53,992 nucleotides of DNA from Acidobacteriota bacterium (GTDB lineage Bacteria > Acidobacteriota > UBA4820 > DSQY01), in NCBI GenBank assembly GCA_046704825.1, contig JBJKRE010000253.1, forward strand, positions 1 through 53,992. Direction: 5' to 3'. Position numbers and translations under genes: made by a program. The notes under the pieces are model-generated. The model did not search any database and was not told the DNA's origin. It saw only the letters and a list, made by a program, of their open reading frames with translations. This document shows, piece after piece, positions 28,572-37,912 of the stretch. Numbering within the stretch: position 1 is the first letter of the stretch; each line of letters starts with the position of its first letter.

Positions 28572-30722
28572 TCAGCCTGCGGGGGCCTCAGAGGGGGAAC
28601 TCTCGAGCAGGGGCAGTCTTACCGTATTGGTGGCCCCCGGGGCCGGAGCGTTGTTCGACGCCGAGATGGCCCCATCGTGCGATTCGATGTAGTGCCTGGC
28701 GAGGGCCAGCCCCATTCCCGAGTGGCCTTTGTACGTGGTCGTAAAGGGTTCGAAGAGGCTGCTCAACATGACGGCTGGTATGCCGCTGCCCGCGTCGACG
28801 ACGTCCACCTCGCAGACTCCGTCACGCTGCCTGCAGACCATTCTCACCTCGCTGCCGGCCGGAGCCACCTGAAGCGCGTTGGTCAGAACGTGCGTGAAGG
28901 CCTGAGCGATCTTGCGCGGGACCCCCCAGACCACGACGCCGGAGCCGGGCGCGTCGCAGGTGAGGCGCACGTCCTTGTCTCCGAACGCCGTCTCCACCAT
29001 CCCGCAGGCCTCGCGGAGGATGTCGTGCAGATCGGCCTGCACGAAATCACCGGCTTCGACGGCTTGACCCAGTTCCAGGAGGCTGTACATCAGGGTGTCG
29101 AGCCTCTTGACGTGGGAGAGCACGTGGTCCACGTGCGCCTTGATCTCCGGCGTCATGTCCATTCTTCGCATCAGGGCGGCTATGTTGAGCTGGATGGCGA
29201 ACAGCGGGTTGCGCACTTCGTGGGCCACCCCTTCGGCCAGCTTGCCGATGGTCTCGAGGCTACGGGCCCGGATGCTCTCCATTTCGAGCCTCTTTCTTTC
29301 CGTGACGTCGAAGAGCGTACCCTCGATCACTCCGCCCCCATCGGCGCCCCGGACCAGGGATGCGTTTTCCAGAATCCAGAAGAACGTGCCGTCCCTGCGC
29401 CGCCCCACGGACTCGAAGTTCTTCACCACTCCCCGTTCCCTGAGCGTCTCCACGAAATGCCGGTGGTCCTCGGGGTGGGCGGTGAACTTGTGCGCAGTAT
29501 CGTCGAGCGCGGCCTGCGGGGACGCGTAGCCGAACATCTTAGCGAAGGATTCGTTACACTCGATCAGACCGCCGTCGATCCTGCAGCGGTAGACGCCGGC
29601 CAGATTCCGTTCGTACAGCAGTCTGAACCGCCTCTCGGACTCCTTCAGGGCCTTCTCCGCCATGAGCTGGGCCGTCACGTCGTACGCCATTCCCCTGACC
29701 ACGGGCTCCTGAGAGTCTTCTGTCCGCAGCGTGTTGTTGTAAGCAAGCACCCGCACCTCTCCATCCCGAGTCCTGAACCTGACGTGGCCGTCGCTCCTGC
29801 CCGCCTTGCGAATCTCTTCCAGGTAGGCGTCGAACTCGGGCTCCACCCCGCTGTCGAGCATGCTGCGAAGGTTCGTCCCGACGAGCTGGTCGCTGCGCTC
29901 GAAGCCGAAAAAACGGACGGCGGACCTGTTCACGGAGAGCAAGCGGCCCGATAGATCGTGGGTCATGATGAGTGCGGCGCTGTTCTCCACCAGGTCACGG
30001 TAGCGCGCTTCGCTCTGCCGAAGAGCCTCTTCCGTCCGCTTCCGGTCGGTCACGTCCCGCACGACGGCCTGGAGCACCGGCTCTCCCCCGATGTCGAGCC
30101 TGCTCAGGCTCACCTCCACGTCGAAGGGCTCGCCGTTCTTTCTCAAGTGCTTCCAGGCGAAGAACTGCAGGCGCCCCTCCAGGGTGGCCCCGATCCGCTC
30201 CCGGGCGGCCTCCTCCGACGGACGCCCGTCCACCTGGGAGGGGGGAGAGAAGTCGACGGGGGAGCATCCCACCAGTTCTTCCCTGTCCCGTCCGAAGATT
30301 TCGCAGATCCTGCGGTTGCAGTCCACGATTTGCAGGCCCTTCATGAGAAAGATTCCGTCGCTGGCGTTCTCGAACAGGCTGCGGAACCTCTTCTCGGATT
30401 GCAGCCCGGCATCCAGCTCTTTCGTGAGGGCTTCGTTCAGGCCCTGGGCAGCCCTGGTGCGCTCCTCGATGCCCGCAGCCAGCCGCTTGTTCCTGTCGAC
30501 GACGAGATACACGACGGCAGCCAGGAGCAGGATCGCCCCGACGACGGACGCGTGCACGATAACCATCGTCGTGTGGTCCACCTGGCTCGCGTCGTGCAGA
30601 TTCCAGACCCTGGACACGAAGACCGCAGCAGCGATCAGCACTGCGAGTGATGCGAAAAAAGCGACCCGTCTTGGCGGGCGAAGAAACCGGCCCGGTCCGG
30701 ACCTTGCGGCCTTATCCGCCAC
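28572..30722 (-). CDS. Membrane-anchored multi-PAS sensor histidine kinase, paralogue of the downstream kinase
   Basis: Two N-terminal TM segments (VAFFASLAVLIAAAVFV, VGAILLLAAVVYLVV). PAS repeats. H-box AHEVRNPLFAI. GHSGMGLALARHYIESHDG. Confidence 0.88.
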   Translation of the reverse strand: MADKAARSGPGRFLRPPRRVAFFASLAVLIAAAVFVSRVWNLHDASQVDHTTMVIVHASVVGAILLLAAVVYLVVDRNKRLAAGIEERTRAAQGLNEALTKELDAGLQSEKRFRSLFENASDGIFLMKGLQIVDCNRRICEIFGRDREELVGCSPVDFSPPSQVDGRPSEEAARERIGATLEGRLQFFAWKHLRKNGEPFDVEVSLSRLDIGGEPVLQAVVRDVTDRKRTEEALRQSEARYRDLVENSAALIMTHDLSGRLLSVNRSAVRFFGFERSDQLVGTNLRSMLDSGVEPEFDAYLEEIRKAGRSDGHVRFRTRDGEVRVLAYNNTLRTEDSQEPVVRGMAYDVTAQLMAEKALKESERRFRLLYERNLAGVYRCRIDGGLIECNESFAKMFGYASPQAALDDTAHKFTAHPEDHRHFVETLRERGVVKNFESVGRRRDGTFFWILENASLVRGADGGGVIEGTLFDVTERKRLEMESIRARSLETIGKLAEGVAHEVRNPLFAIQLNIAALMRRMDMTPEIKAHVDHVLSHVKRLDTLMYSLLELGQAVEAGDFVQADLHDILREACGMVETAFGDKDVRLTCDAPGSGVVVWGVPRKIAQAFTHVLTNALQVAPAGSEVRMVCRQRDGVCEVDVVDAGSGIPAVMLSSLFEPFTTTYKGHSGMGLALARHYIESHDGAISASNNAPAPGATNTVRLPLLESSPSEAPAG

Positions 30723-30791
30723 TGAGCCCCCTCCCCATGTTCATCCTTCACAACCTCTTAATCGCTCACCTGCCCTTTTCTGGTGTTTCTC

Positions 30792-30821
30792 ATTATAGAA
30801 CTGCACGGACTTAGTTTTCAA
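30792..30821 (-). promoter_or_regulatory. Sigma70-type promoter for the kinase gene at 30722
   Basis: Reverse strand: TTGAAA (30821-30816), 18 nt, TATAAT (30797-30792). Sits in a locally AT-richer patch about 70 nt upstream of the start codon. Confidence 0.45.
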
Positions 30822-30886
30822 CGGATTAGGTCGATGGGTTCGCCCCAGGGGCCGGCCTCAGGGCCGATCCCGCGGCCCGAGGGTCG

Positions 30887-31282
30887 TCATGCTATGGCGC
30901 TGATCTCCTCGGCGAACGCCAGAACGTGGCCGTCCGGATCGAGGCTGTAGGCCGCCCGATGTCCCCAGTCCCGCTCCATGAGGCCGCTGAGTTCCATGGC
31001 CCCGCAGGCGATGGCCCTGTCGTGGTACGCCCAGGGCGTGTCGACCACGAGGTACAGCTCGCAGCAGGGCACGCCCGACCCCGCCCCCTCTTCCGGCGGC
31101 CGGATGCCCAGCAGCCGGCTCATGGATTCGAAGGGCATGAGTCCGAGAGTGCTCCCATGGTTCAGCGTGAACTCAGTCATGCCGGGCACGTGGAGGCTCG
31201 GCCTCCGGCCCAGCACCTTGCTGTAGAAGGCCGTGCTCCGCTCCTGGTCCCTCACGTACAGAATCGTATGGGCTCTTTTCAT
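30887..31282 (-). CDS. VOC/glyoxalase-bleomycin resistance family protein
   Basis: HTILYVRDQERSTAFYSKVLG ... DWGHRAAYSLDPDGHVLAF. Confidence 0.8.
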   Translation of the reverse strand: MKRAHTILYVRDQERSTAFYSKVLGRRPSLHVPGMTEFTLNHGSTLGLMPFESMSRLLGIRPPEEGAGSGVPCCELYLVVDTPWAYHDRAIACGAMELSGLMERDWGHRAAYSLDPDGHVLAFAEEISAIA

Positions 31283-31466
31283 CCCGACCTCCTCGCCCCG
31301 CCGGCCCGCGAAGTTCGTTCAGCGGCCTGCTGGTTGGATTATAGGTTCCAGGACACCGGGCTTCACGTGCGTCCCTTCGGGCGAGTGTCCGGGGGACCGG
31401 CGCGCGGTGTGCCCCGCCGACCGGAAAATCTCTCTGCGGTCGAAAAGAGCCTCCGCCGGCGGGCCT

Positions 31467-34136
31467 TCAGTCGGCGTCGCGACCCGGTGCGCCGATCGTC
31501 TCCGGCATCCCGAGTCCGGCGTCCCCGATGCCGTCCGAGAGGGCGTTGCCATCTCCTACGACGACCCAGACGAGCTTGTCGGGCGTCAGGACGTCCGCGC
31601 CCGCACGGCGCACGTCGTCCAGCGTCAGAGAGCGGAGGGCCGCGAGCATCTTCTCGTGGTAGTCGAGCGGGAGGTCGAAGAGCCAGAGAGACGCCAGCCC
31701 CGAGGCCAGCTGCCCCTGGGTCTCGAAGCTCTGGGGATACCTCAGAACCAGGTTGTCCCTCGCGTTCGCGAACTCCTTTTCGGCGACGGGCTCGCCCGCC
31801 AGGACGCGTTCGATCTCGCCGCGGAGTTCGGCGATCGACTCGGCGGTCTTGTCCGTCTGCACCGAGGTGGCGACGATCCAGGGCATGGTGCCGGGGCGCG
31901 GCTCGAGGTAGGAGTGGGCGCCGTAGGTGTAGCCCTTGTCCTCCCGGAGATTCATGTTGACCCGGCTGGTGAACTGTCCGCCCAGCACCGCGTTGAACAC
32001 GACGAATGCGGGGTACGAGGGACTCTTCCTGGAGATGGCCGGCTGGGCCGCGGTCACGTAGGACTGGGGCGCCTCGGATTTCGGCACCAGGTAGAAGCCC
32101 CGGTTGCCCCACCGGGGCTCCTCGGCTTCCGCGCCCGCTTCCTGTGGCCGGCCCCGCCACGGGCCGAAGGTCTCCAGGATCTGGGCCTCGGCTTCCTCCG
32201 GAGTCACGTCGCCGACCACGAGGAAGAGGGTCCTTTCGGGGCCGTAGAACTGGGCGTAGAACGCCGCGACTTCCTCTCGGGTCAGCGTCTCCAGCGCTCC
32301 CGGCGTGCCGTCGACCGGATGTCCATAGGGGGAGGATTCGCCGTAGAGCCGGGCCTTGAGGGCCCTGTCGCCCAGTTCGGAAGGGTCGTCCAGCTTGCGC
32401 ACCAGTCCGGCGAGCTGCTCCTTCCGCAGTCGTTCAACGTCCTCGGGCCGGAAGTCGGGACGCTGCAGGACGTCGCCCATAAGGGCCACCCCACCCTCGA
32501 AATGTTCCCTGAGAACGGAGAGTGCGACGGCCGTCTGGTCGCCGTCCACCGTGGTGGTCAGGGAGGTCGCCAGCTCCTTCTGGCGCCTGGCAAGATCGAG
32601 AGGCCCCATGCCTGCCGCCGCCTCATCAAGCAGTCCCGCAGTGAAAAAGGCCGTACCGGGCCTGCCGGGCGGATCGTACGCGCTGCCCGCCCTGACGACG
32701 GCCGCCAGGGTCACCATGGGGAGGCTGTGGTCCGGCAGCACCCACAGTGCCGCTCCGTTCGGAAGCGTCGTACGCCTGACGTCCGGGAAGGAGAAGCTCT
32801 TGTCCGGCCCCTTGCCGGGCATGGCGGACCGGTCGACGGCCACGGTCTTGGGACGCGCGGGGAGGATCGAGACCCCGGCGTAGCGCTCCGGTGAAAGGAA
32901 GTGCAGGGCCGCCCTCTGGACGGACTCGGGCGTCACCGATTCGATCCGCTCCAGTTCCTTGGAGAGGCCGTCGGGATTTCCTGTGAAGGTCTCGTAGTAG
33001 TTGAGGATGTCGCTCACACTGCCGAAGCCGCCCACCGTCTGCAGGCGCTTGATAACGCCCGCCTTCAGACTGTCCACGGCCGCCTTGACTTCAACCGGCT
33101 CGACGCCATCCGTCTTGATCCGCTCGATCTCCTCCCAGGCCGCCGCCTCCGCCCGACCGAGCTCGACGCCCCGCTGTGCGGTAACCACCACCTGGAAGAC
33201 CCCCGAAACCTCTCCCCCGATCTGGTAGGCCCACAGGGACTGGGCGAGCTGATCGTCCATCTGGAGCCGCCTCACGAGCCTCGAATCCTTGCCCGTCGAG
33301 AGGACGTAGGCGAGGACCGAGAGAGTCGCGTCGTCCCCCGTTAGCTGGGGGGGAGTGGGCCACTGGAGATAGAGACGGGGCAGCATCACGCGGTCCTCCG
33401 CCTCGATCCTGATCGGCTTCGACAGCACCGGGACATCCTGTCTGACGGGGGACACCACGGGACCGGACGGGATGGCCCCGAAATACTTTTCGACCAGCGC
33501 CAGAGCGGATTCGGGCTCGATGTCCCCCGCCACGCAGAGCGAGGCGTTGTTGGGCGTGTAGTACGCCCGGAAGAAAGCTTTCACGTCGTCGAGGGTGGCG
33601 GCGTCGAGGTCCTTCATGGACCCTATGATGGAGTGGTGGTAGGGGTGCCCCTTCGGGTAAAGTGCCTCGAGGCAGGCTTCCTCCGCCACGCCGTAGGGCT
33701 GGTTGTCCGTGGTCTGTCGCCGCTCGTTCTTCACCACCTCCCGCTGGTTGTCCAGCTTGGTCCGGTCGATGGCCGGCAGCAGCCAGCCCATCCGGTCCGA
33801 TTCCAGCCAGAGGGCCCGTTCGAGGTACGGCACGGGCACCACCTCCCAGTAGTTGGTCCTGTCCTCGGACGTGGATCCGTTCAACCTCGCCCCGACCTCC
33901 TCGAGCGGCCGGAAGAAATCGTCCGGATAGTGCTCGCTGCCCTGGAACATGAGGTGCTCGAAGAGGTGGGCGAAACCGGTGCGCCCTTCCACTTCGTCCT
34001 TGCTGCCCACGTGGTACCAGAGATTGACGGCGGCCTGCGGAAGGCGGTGGTTCTCACAGAGGATCACGGTGAGTCCGTTGGCCAGCCTGTGTTTTCTGAA
34101 AGGGATATGGAACCTGCTTCCCGAGCGTTCGGTCAT
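31467..34136 (-). CDS. M16 (pitrilysin/insulinase) family zinc peptidase, four-domain tandem form (889 aa)
   Basis: HxxEH motif in GFAHLFEHLMFQGSEH. NGSTSEDRTNY. A second inactive M16 half follows. No obvious signal peptide. Confidence 0.9.
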   Translation of the reverse strand: MTERSGSRFHIPFRKHRLANGLTVILCENHRLPQAAVNLWYHVGSKDEVEGRTGFAHLFEHLMFQGSEHYPDDFFRPLEEVGARLNGSTSEDRTNYWEVVPVPYLERALWLESDRMGWLLPAIDRTKLDNQREVVKNERRQTTDNQPYGVAEEACLEALYPKGHPYHHSIIGSMKDLDAATLDDVKAFFRAYYTPNNASLCVAGDIEPESALALVEKYFGAIPSGPVVSPVRQDVPVLSKPIRIEAEDRVMLPRLYLQWPTPPQLTGDDATLSVLAYVLSTGKDSRLVRRLQMDDQLAQSLWAYQIGGEVSGVFQVVVTAQRGVELGRAEAAAWEEIERIKTDGVEPVEVKAAVDSLKAGVIKRLQTVGGFGSVSDILNYYETFTGNPDGLSKELERIESVTPESVQRAALHFLSPERYAGVSILPARPKTVAVDRSAMPGKGPDKSFSFPDVRRTTLPNGAALWVLPDHSLPMVTLAAVVRAGSAYDPPGRPGTAFFTAGLLDEAAAGMGPLDLARRQKELATSLTTTVDGDQTAVALSVLREHFEGGVALMGDVLQRPDFRPEDVERLRKEQLAGLVRKLDDPSELGDRALKARLYGESSPYGHPVDGTPGALETLTREEVAAFYAQFYGPERTLFLVVGDVTPEEAEAQILETFGPWRGRPQEAGAEAEEPRWGNRGFYLVPKSEAPQSYVTAAQPAISRKSPSYPAFVVFNAVLGGQFTSRVNMNLREDKGYTYGAHSYLEPRPGTMPWIVATSVQTDKTAESIAELRGEIERVLAGEPVAEKEFANARDNLVLRYPQSFETQGQLASGLASLWLFDLPLDYHEKMLAALRSLTLDDVRRAGADVLTPDKLVWVVVGDGNALSDGIGDAGLGMPETIGAPGRDAD

Positions 34137-34413
34137 GGGGTAAGAACCTCCGATCTTTATTTCTGCTTCAAAGTAATCAGCATCTTAACACGCACCCCCG
34201 GCTCCGGCCACGGCCGGTGTGGGAATCGCAGGAAATCGGCGGGTGTTAGCCTTTTGCAGTCCACGGGGGATGAACCCTCCGATGCGTGATATTATTGCGA
34301 TCAGAACGCAGACGGGAAACGACCGAAGACGAAGGCCCATACGGACGGAGCGCCACGGCGCCGCGGAGAGCGGTAAAAGGGGCCCCGAACAGGACCTTGA
34401 CGAGGAGGATCAG

Positions 34414-34812
34414 ATGAAGTGGAACAAAGGAGTCGTAGCGGCCGCCGGTGCCCTGCTGGCCCTGGCGTTCGTGGCCCAACCCCAGCCCAAGCCGGTCTCG
34501 TTTCAGAAGGACATCCAGCCCATCTTCACCGACTCGTGCGTCAAGTGTCACGGGCCCAAGGAACAGAAAGCGAAGCTGGACCTCAGCGAAGGGAAAGCCT
34601 ACGAGGCCCTGGTGAACGTGCCCTCGGCCGAAGTCCACACGATGATGCGCGTGAAGCCCGGCGACGCCGATCAGTCCTACCTCTGGCTGAAGCTCCAGCA
34701 CACCTCACCCAAGGGCGACGGGATGCCGAAGTGGTGGTTCTGGTCCCGCAGCCTCCCCCAGAGCCAGCTGAACCTGATCAAGATCTGGATCGACCAGGGT
34801 GCCAAAGAGTGA
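34414..34812 (+). CDS. Secreted stand-alone PSCyt1-type (planctomycete cytochrome c domain) mono-haem protein
   Basis: ATG at 34414 after GAGGAGG. Signal peptide MKWNKGVVAAAGALLALAFVAQP. FQKDIQPIFTDSCVKCHGP (CxxCH). GDADQSYLWLKL ... LSQ..LNLIKIWIDQGA matches the PSCyt1 pattern. Confidence 0.75.
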   Translation: MKWNKGVVAAAGALLALAFVAQPQPKPVSFQKDIQPIFTDSCVKCHGPKEQKAKLDLSEGKAYEALVNVPSAEVHTMMRVKPGDADQSYLWLKLQHTSPKGDGMPKWWFWSRSLPQSQLNLIKIWIDQGAKE

Positions 34813-34943
34813 CCGCTCCCTGAACCCGGTCGATGCGGCACCCGTGGGGGCCGGTGCATTTGACCGGCCCCGGTAGCATGGTCGCAGGTTCTGTTGCGGG
34901 GCACCTTCCCCAGCCCTACATTCAGAGTAAATGGGAGGTGCAC

Positions 34944-35246
34944 ATGCCGCTTTTCGTGTTGATGACCCGGCTTGCGCCCGAAGGTATGCGAGACGCCTCG
35001 GGGCGCAAGAGACGGGGCAAGGAATGGATGGGAAAGGTCGCGGAGGTTTGCCCGGGGGTCAAATGGATCTCTCACTACGCCATCCTGGGCCCCTACGACT
35101 TCATGGACATCTACGAGGCGCCCGACGCAGAGACCGCGCACCGGGTGTCGCTCATCTCCAGGGCCGAGGGCGCGCTGAGCGTTGAGAGCTGGCAGGCCCT
35201 TCCGTACGACCAGTTCCTGCGCATTTTCGAACAGGTCAAACCCTGA
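34944..35246 (+). CDS. GYD-domain protein
   Basis: ATG at 34944 after GGGAGG. MPLFVLMTRL ... ILGPYDFMDIYEAPDAETA ... is the GYD family pattern. Confidence 0.75.
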   Translation: MPLFVLMTRLAPEGMRDASGRKRRGKEWMGKVAEVCPGVKWISHYAILGPYDFMDIYEAPDAETAHRVSLISRAEGALSVESWQALPYDQFLRIFEQVKP

Positions 35247-35270
35247 CCCCACATTGGCGGGACGGTTCCG

Positions 35271-35951
35271 TCACAGGGCCACCACCCTCCTGACGGTTTC
35301 CCCGTCCGGCCAGGGTTCGAACCGGTAGATAAAACACCTCCGGGCCCCTTCGGCCCCTTCGCAGAAGCTGCGCAGCCTGTAGAGGGTGTCCCTGTGCGAG
35401 AAGGTGTACAGGGCGTTCCACTCCGCGTGGGGCCGGGTGGCTCGGACGACGAGCCCGTCCCCCTCGACCGAAATGCGGTCGGACTCGCCGGCACTCCCGT
35501 AGAGCGCGGTCATCCGCGCCTCCTTCGCCCGGTCGGCCACCTTGCCGGCGAACCACAGCGGCGCAGACAGGAAGACGCTGCCCATGGGCTCACCCGTTCC
35601 CAGCGCGTGGACGAGACGGACGGCCGAATCGACGATATAGACCGACAGCAGCATTCCCCAGGGCGTGAAGAAGAACGAGAAGAAGCAGACCATTCCGTAC
35701 CAGGTCAGGAGTCCGACCTCGCCCGATCCCCGGTCGTCGGCGATCAGGCCGGCCACCTTCAGCGAATAGGCCTTCTCGTAGGCTATGAACACGACGCCCC
35801 ACAGGAGGACGCTGGCGATCGCGTGCGCGTAGGCCGAGGCCTGCCCCAGCACCCCATCGTCCGCGGGGAGTTCCCACGGCCAGAGCGCCCGGTACCTTGC
35901 GGGCAGGACCGGCCAGACCAGACATGTCAGGACGGCCAGCAGGTATCGCAT
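35271..35951 (-). CDS. Hypothetical membrane protein (about 4 TM plus soluble C-domain)
   Basis: ATG at 35951. MRYLLAVLTCLVWPVLPA, IASVLLWGVVFIAY, LLTWYGMVCFFSFFFTPWGMLLSVYIV. The part of the ORF upstream of 35951 lies in repeat DNA. Confidence 0.55.
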   Translation of the reverse strand: MRYLLAVLTCLVWPVLPARYRALWPWELPADDGVLGQASAYAHAIASVLLWGVVFIAYEKAYSLKVAGLIADDRGSGEVGLLTWYGMVCFFSFFFTPWGMLLSVYIVDSAVRLVHALGTGEPMGSVFLSAPLWFAGKVADRAKEARMTALYGSAGESDRISVEGDGLVVRATRPHAEWNALYTFSHRDTLYRLRSFCEGAEGARRCFIYRFEPWPDGETVRRVVAL

Positions 35952-35984
35952 GTCCAGGCCAGAATACCACGGGGAAGGCCGACT

Positions 35985-36438
35985 GGAATTGGCGAATTGG
36001 GATTTGGAAGTCGGAAGGCGAAAGGCGAAAGGCGGAAGGCGGAAGTAAAGAACGGCGAGGGAGGGCCTTTGGAGCAATACTTATCACCGCAGAGGCGCAG
36101 AGGACGCGGAGAAAGGCATGAGAAATACTGAATTCATACTTCGGCAGACGGTCGACCTTTGCAGGGACGCAGAGGGGATGGAATGATGGCCTTCGAAGCC
36201 ATACCCCCACGCACTAAACACCAAACACTTAACACTAAACACCCAACACAAGGCGCTACCAGCGCCAAGGATTTGGGAATTGGAAGGCGGAAGTAAAGAA
36301 CGGCGAGGGACGAGCCGTTGGAGCGGCTGGGGACGGGCCTTCGAAGAGCCGCCGTCTGCCGTCTCTTCTTTAGCCTTCAGCCTTTTGGCTTTAGCCCTTG
36401 GCAGCGTCGAAGGCCTTCCCTCGCCTCGATCACATGCG
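35985..36438. repeat. Composite intergenic repeat element (largest copy)
   Basis: Exact 29-nt direct repeat GGAAGGCGGAAGTAAAGAACGGCGAGGGA at 36034-36062 and 36282-36310. TTCGAA cores at 36192-36197 and 36340-36345 (GGCCTTCGAAGCC, GGGCCTTCGAAGAGCC). Oligo arrays: GGAATTGG/GGGATTTGG, GGCGAAAGGCGAAAGGCGGAAGGCGGAAG, CGCAGAGGCGCAGAGGACGCGGAG, ACTAAACACCAAACACTTAACACTAAACACCCAACAC, TTAGCCTTCAGCCTTTTGGCTTTAGCC. Terminus is CCTCGCCTCGATCAC. Confidence 0.8.
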
Positions 36439-36439
36439 G

Positions 36440-37744
36440 TCAGTTCTCGTCGGCCCCTGCGGCGGCACCGAGCTTTTCGGAGAGCAGTTCGCCGAGCGAT
36501 ACGCCGGAGCGCGGGGCCTCGTCATCCTTGAGCAGGGTCTGGGCCAGCACCTCGCCCAGATTCAACCCCGGCGAGGGCGGCGGCTGTGAGGGCTTCCGCG
36601 GCGCCTCGGACTTCCGCCTCGCGGACCTCTTCGGCGGCGGCGCGGGCGGCTCCAGGGCCTCGGGGGGAAGCTCCGTTATGGGCTCAGGCGCGTCCTTTCC
36701 CAGCTTGCCGCGGACGACGCGGATCTTCTCCTCCAGTTCGCTCCCGGCCGACTCGAGCTTGGCGATCCGGGCCTGCTTCTCTCTGATCCAGCCCCGCATC
36801 TTTTCGGCCTGGGAGTCGTCGTTGGAGGCCTCGACCCGGCTCTCGAGATCCTGGATTTCCCCTCGAATCCGCCCGAGAACCAGGTCGTTCTTGAGGGCCG
36901 TGGTCTCCCACCTCGCCAGGTGCTCCCTCATCCTGTCGATCCAGTCGTGGTGCTTCTGCTTCTTTTCCTGTTTCTCCTGGCCGATGCGCTCGGATGCCTT
37001 TTGCCACGCGGCCCTGAGGATCGTCCGGATCTTTTCCCTTTCGCCGTTGCTCATGGGCGACGTCCTGAGGTCCTTCTGCATGGCCTTGACCTGCTCCTGA
37101 ACCTCGTGGGGGTCGTCCTCCTGCGCGGCGGCCAGGATGTCGTCGGCCTCCTGGCGGAAGGACCGGGCAACTTCGCTGCGCCTGGACTTCCGGAGGCCCT
37201 TGACGGCCTCCCGGACCTCGACCCACTGCTTCCAGCAGGCTTCGCGGTCGGCCCGGACCAGGCGGATGGCGTTCAGGTCACCGCAATCGTCGGAATCTTC
37301 GCCGGACTGCTCACCCGAAGTCGCCTCGGGCGCCGGTCCCGCCTTCATCAGCTCGAGGGCCTGGTTGAGCAGACCCTGGGCCTTGTCCAGGTCGGGATCG
37401 CCCTCCTCCGGGGTGAGGAGCGCGGAGGCCTCCTTGACCAGCGCATCGATGGCGGCCTTCTTCTTCTTGGAGGCGCGCTTGGATTCGACCCTGTGGTCCT
37501 CCTGCAGGGAACGGGTCTCTTCGCAGAGCGCGTGGAACTCGGTCCAGAGCGCCTCCCGCTCTTCGACCTCCAGAGGCTTGAAGGTCTTGAACATGGAGGT
37601 GATCTCCCTGGCCTGCGCCCAGAACTCCGCGAAGTGGATGTGTTCCTTGTCCTCGAGATACGCCTTGATCTTGGTGACCTCGGCTCTAATGACCTCGGCG
37701 TTGGCCTTGGCCAGCTGAATCCACCGTTCTCTATCAAGCGTCAT
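36440..37744 (-). CDS. Highly charged coiled-coil protein with Pro-rich linker and C-terminal tandem LGE(V/L)L motifs; function unknown
   Basis: ATG at 37744 (GGGGGAG upstream). Sequence is rich in E/K/R/A heptad-like stretches. PPEALEPPAPPPKRSARRKSEAPRKPSQPPPSPG, then GLNLGEVLAQTLL and GVSLGELLSEKL. Confidence 0.6.
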   Translation of the reverse strand: MTLDRERWIQLAKANAEVIRAEVTKIKAYLEDKEHIHFAEFWAQAREITSMFKTFKPLEVEEREALWTEFHALCEETRSLQEDHRVESKRASKKKKAAIDALVKEASALLTPEEGDPDLDKAQGLLNQALELMKAGPAPEATSGEQSGEDSDDCGDLNAIRLVRADREACWKQWVEVREAVKGLRKSRRSEVARSFRQEADDILAAAQEDDPHEVQEQVKAMQKDLRTSPMSNGEREKIRTILRAAWQKASERIGQEKQEKKQKHHDWIDRMREHLARWETTALKNDLVLGRIRGEIQDLESRVEASNDDSQAEKMRGWIREKQARIAKLESAGSELEEKIRVVRGKLGKDAPEPITELPPEALEPPAPPPKRSARRKSEAPRKPSQPPPSPGLNLGEVLAQTLLKDDEAPRSGVSLGELLSEKLGAAAGADEN

Positions 37745-37912
37745 GGGCTCCCCCTGAAGTCCTTGCGCCGTACCATCTCCAGGTTGGGCCGGCGTTACGC
37801 GACGACGTGGAATTATAGCAGAAAAAAGCCGATTCGTCCCCTCGCGGGGGGGTCCGTCGCGAGCCGGCTCATTCCTGCGGTGCGCACCCATCCCGCGGGA
37901 ACTGGCAGGCTC

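Noticed and set aside
34137-34413. Known riboswitch in the long leader of the cytochrome-c-domain gene
   Set aside because: I could not recognise the conserved cores of TPP, cobalamin, c-di-GMP, Moco or SAM riboswitches by eye. It is kept only as a low-interest note that needs cmscan.
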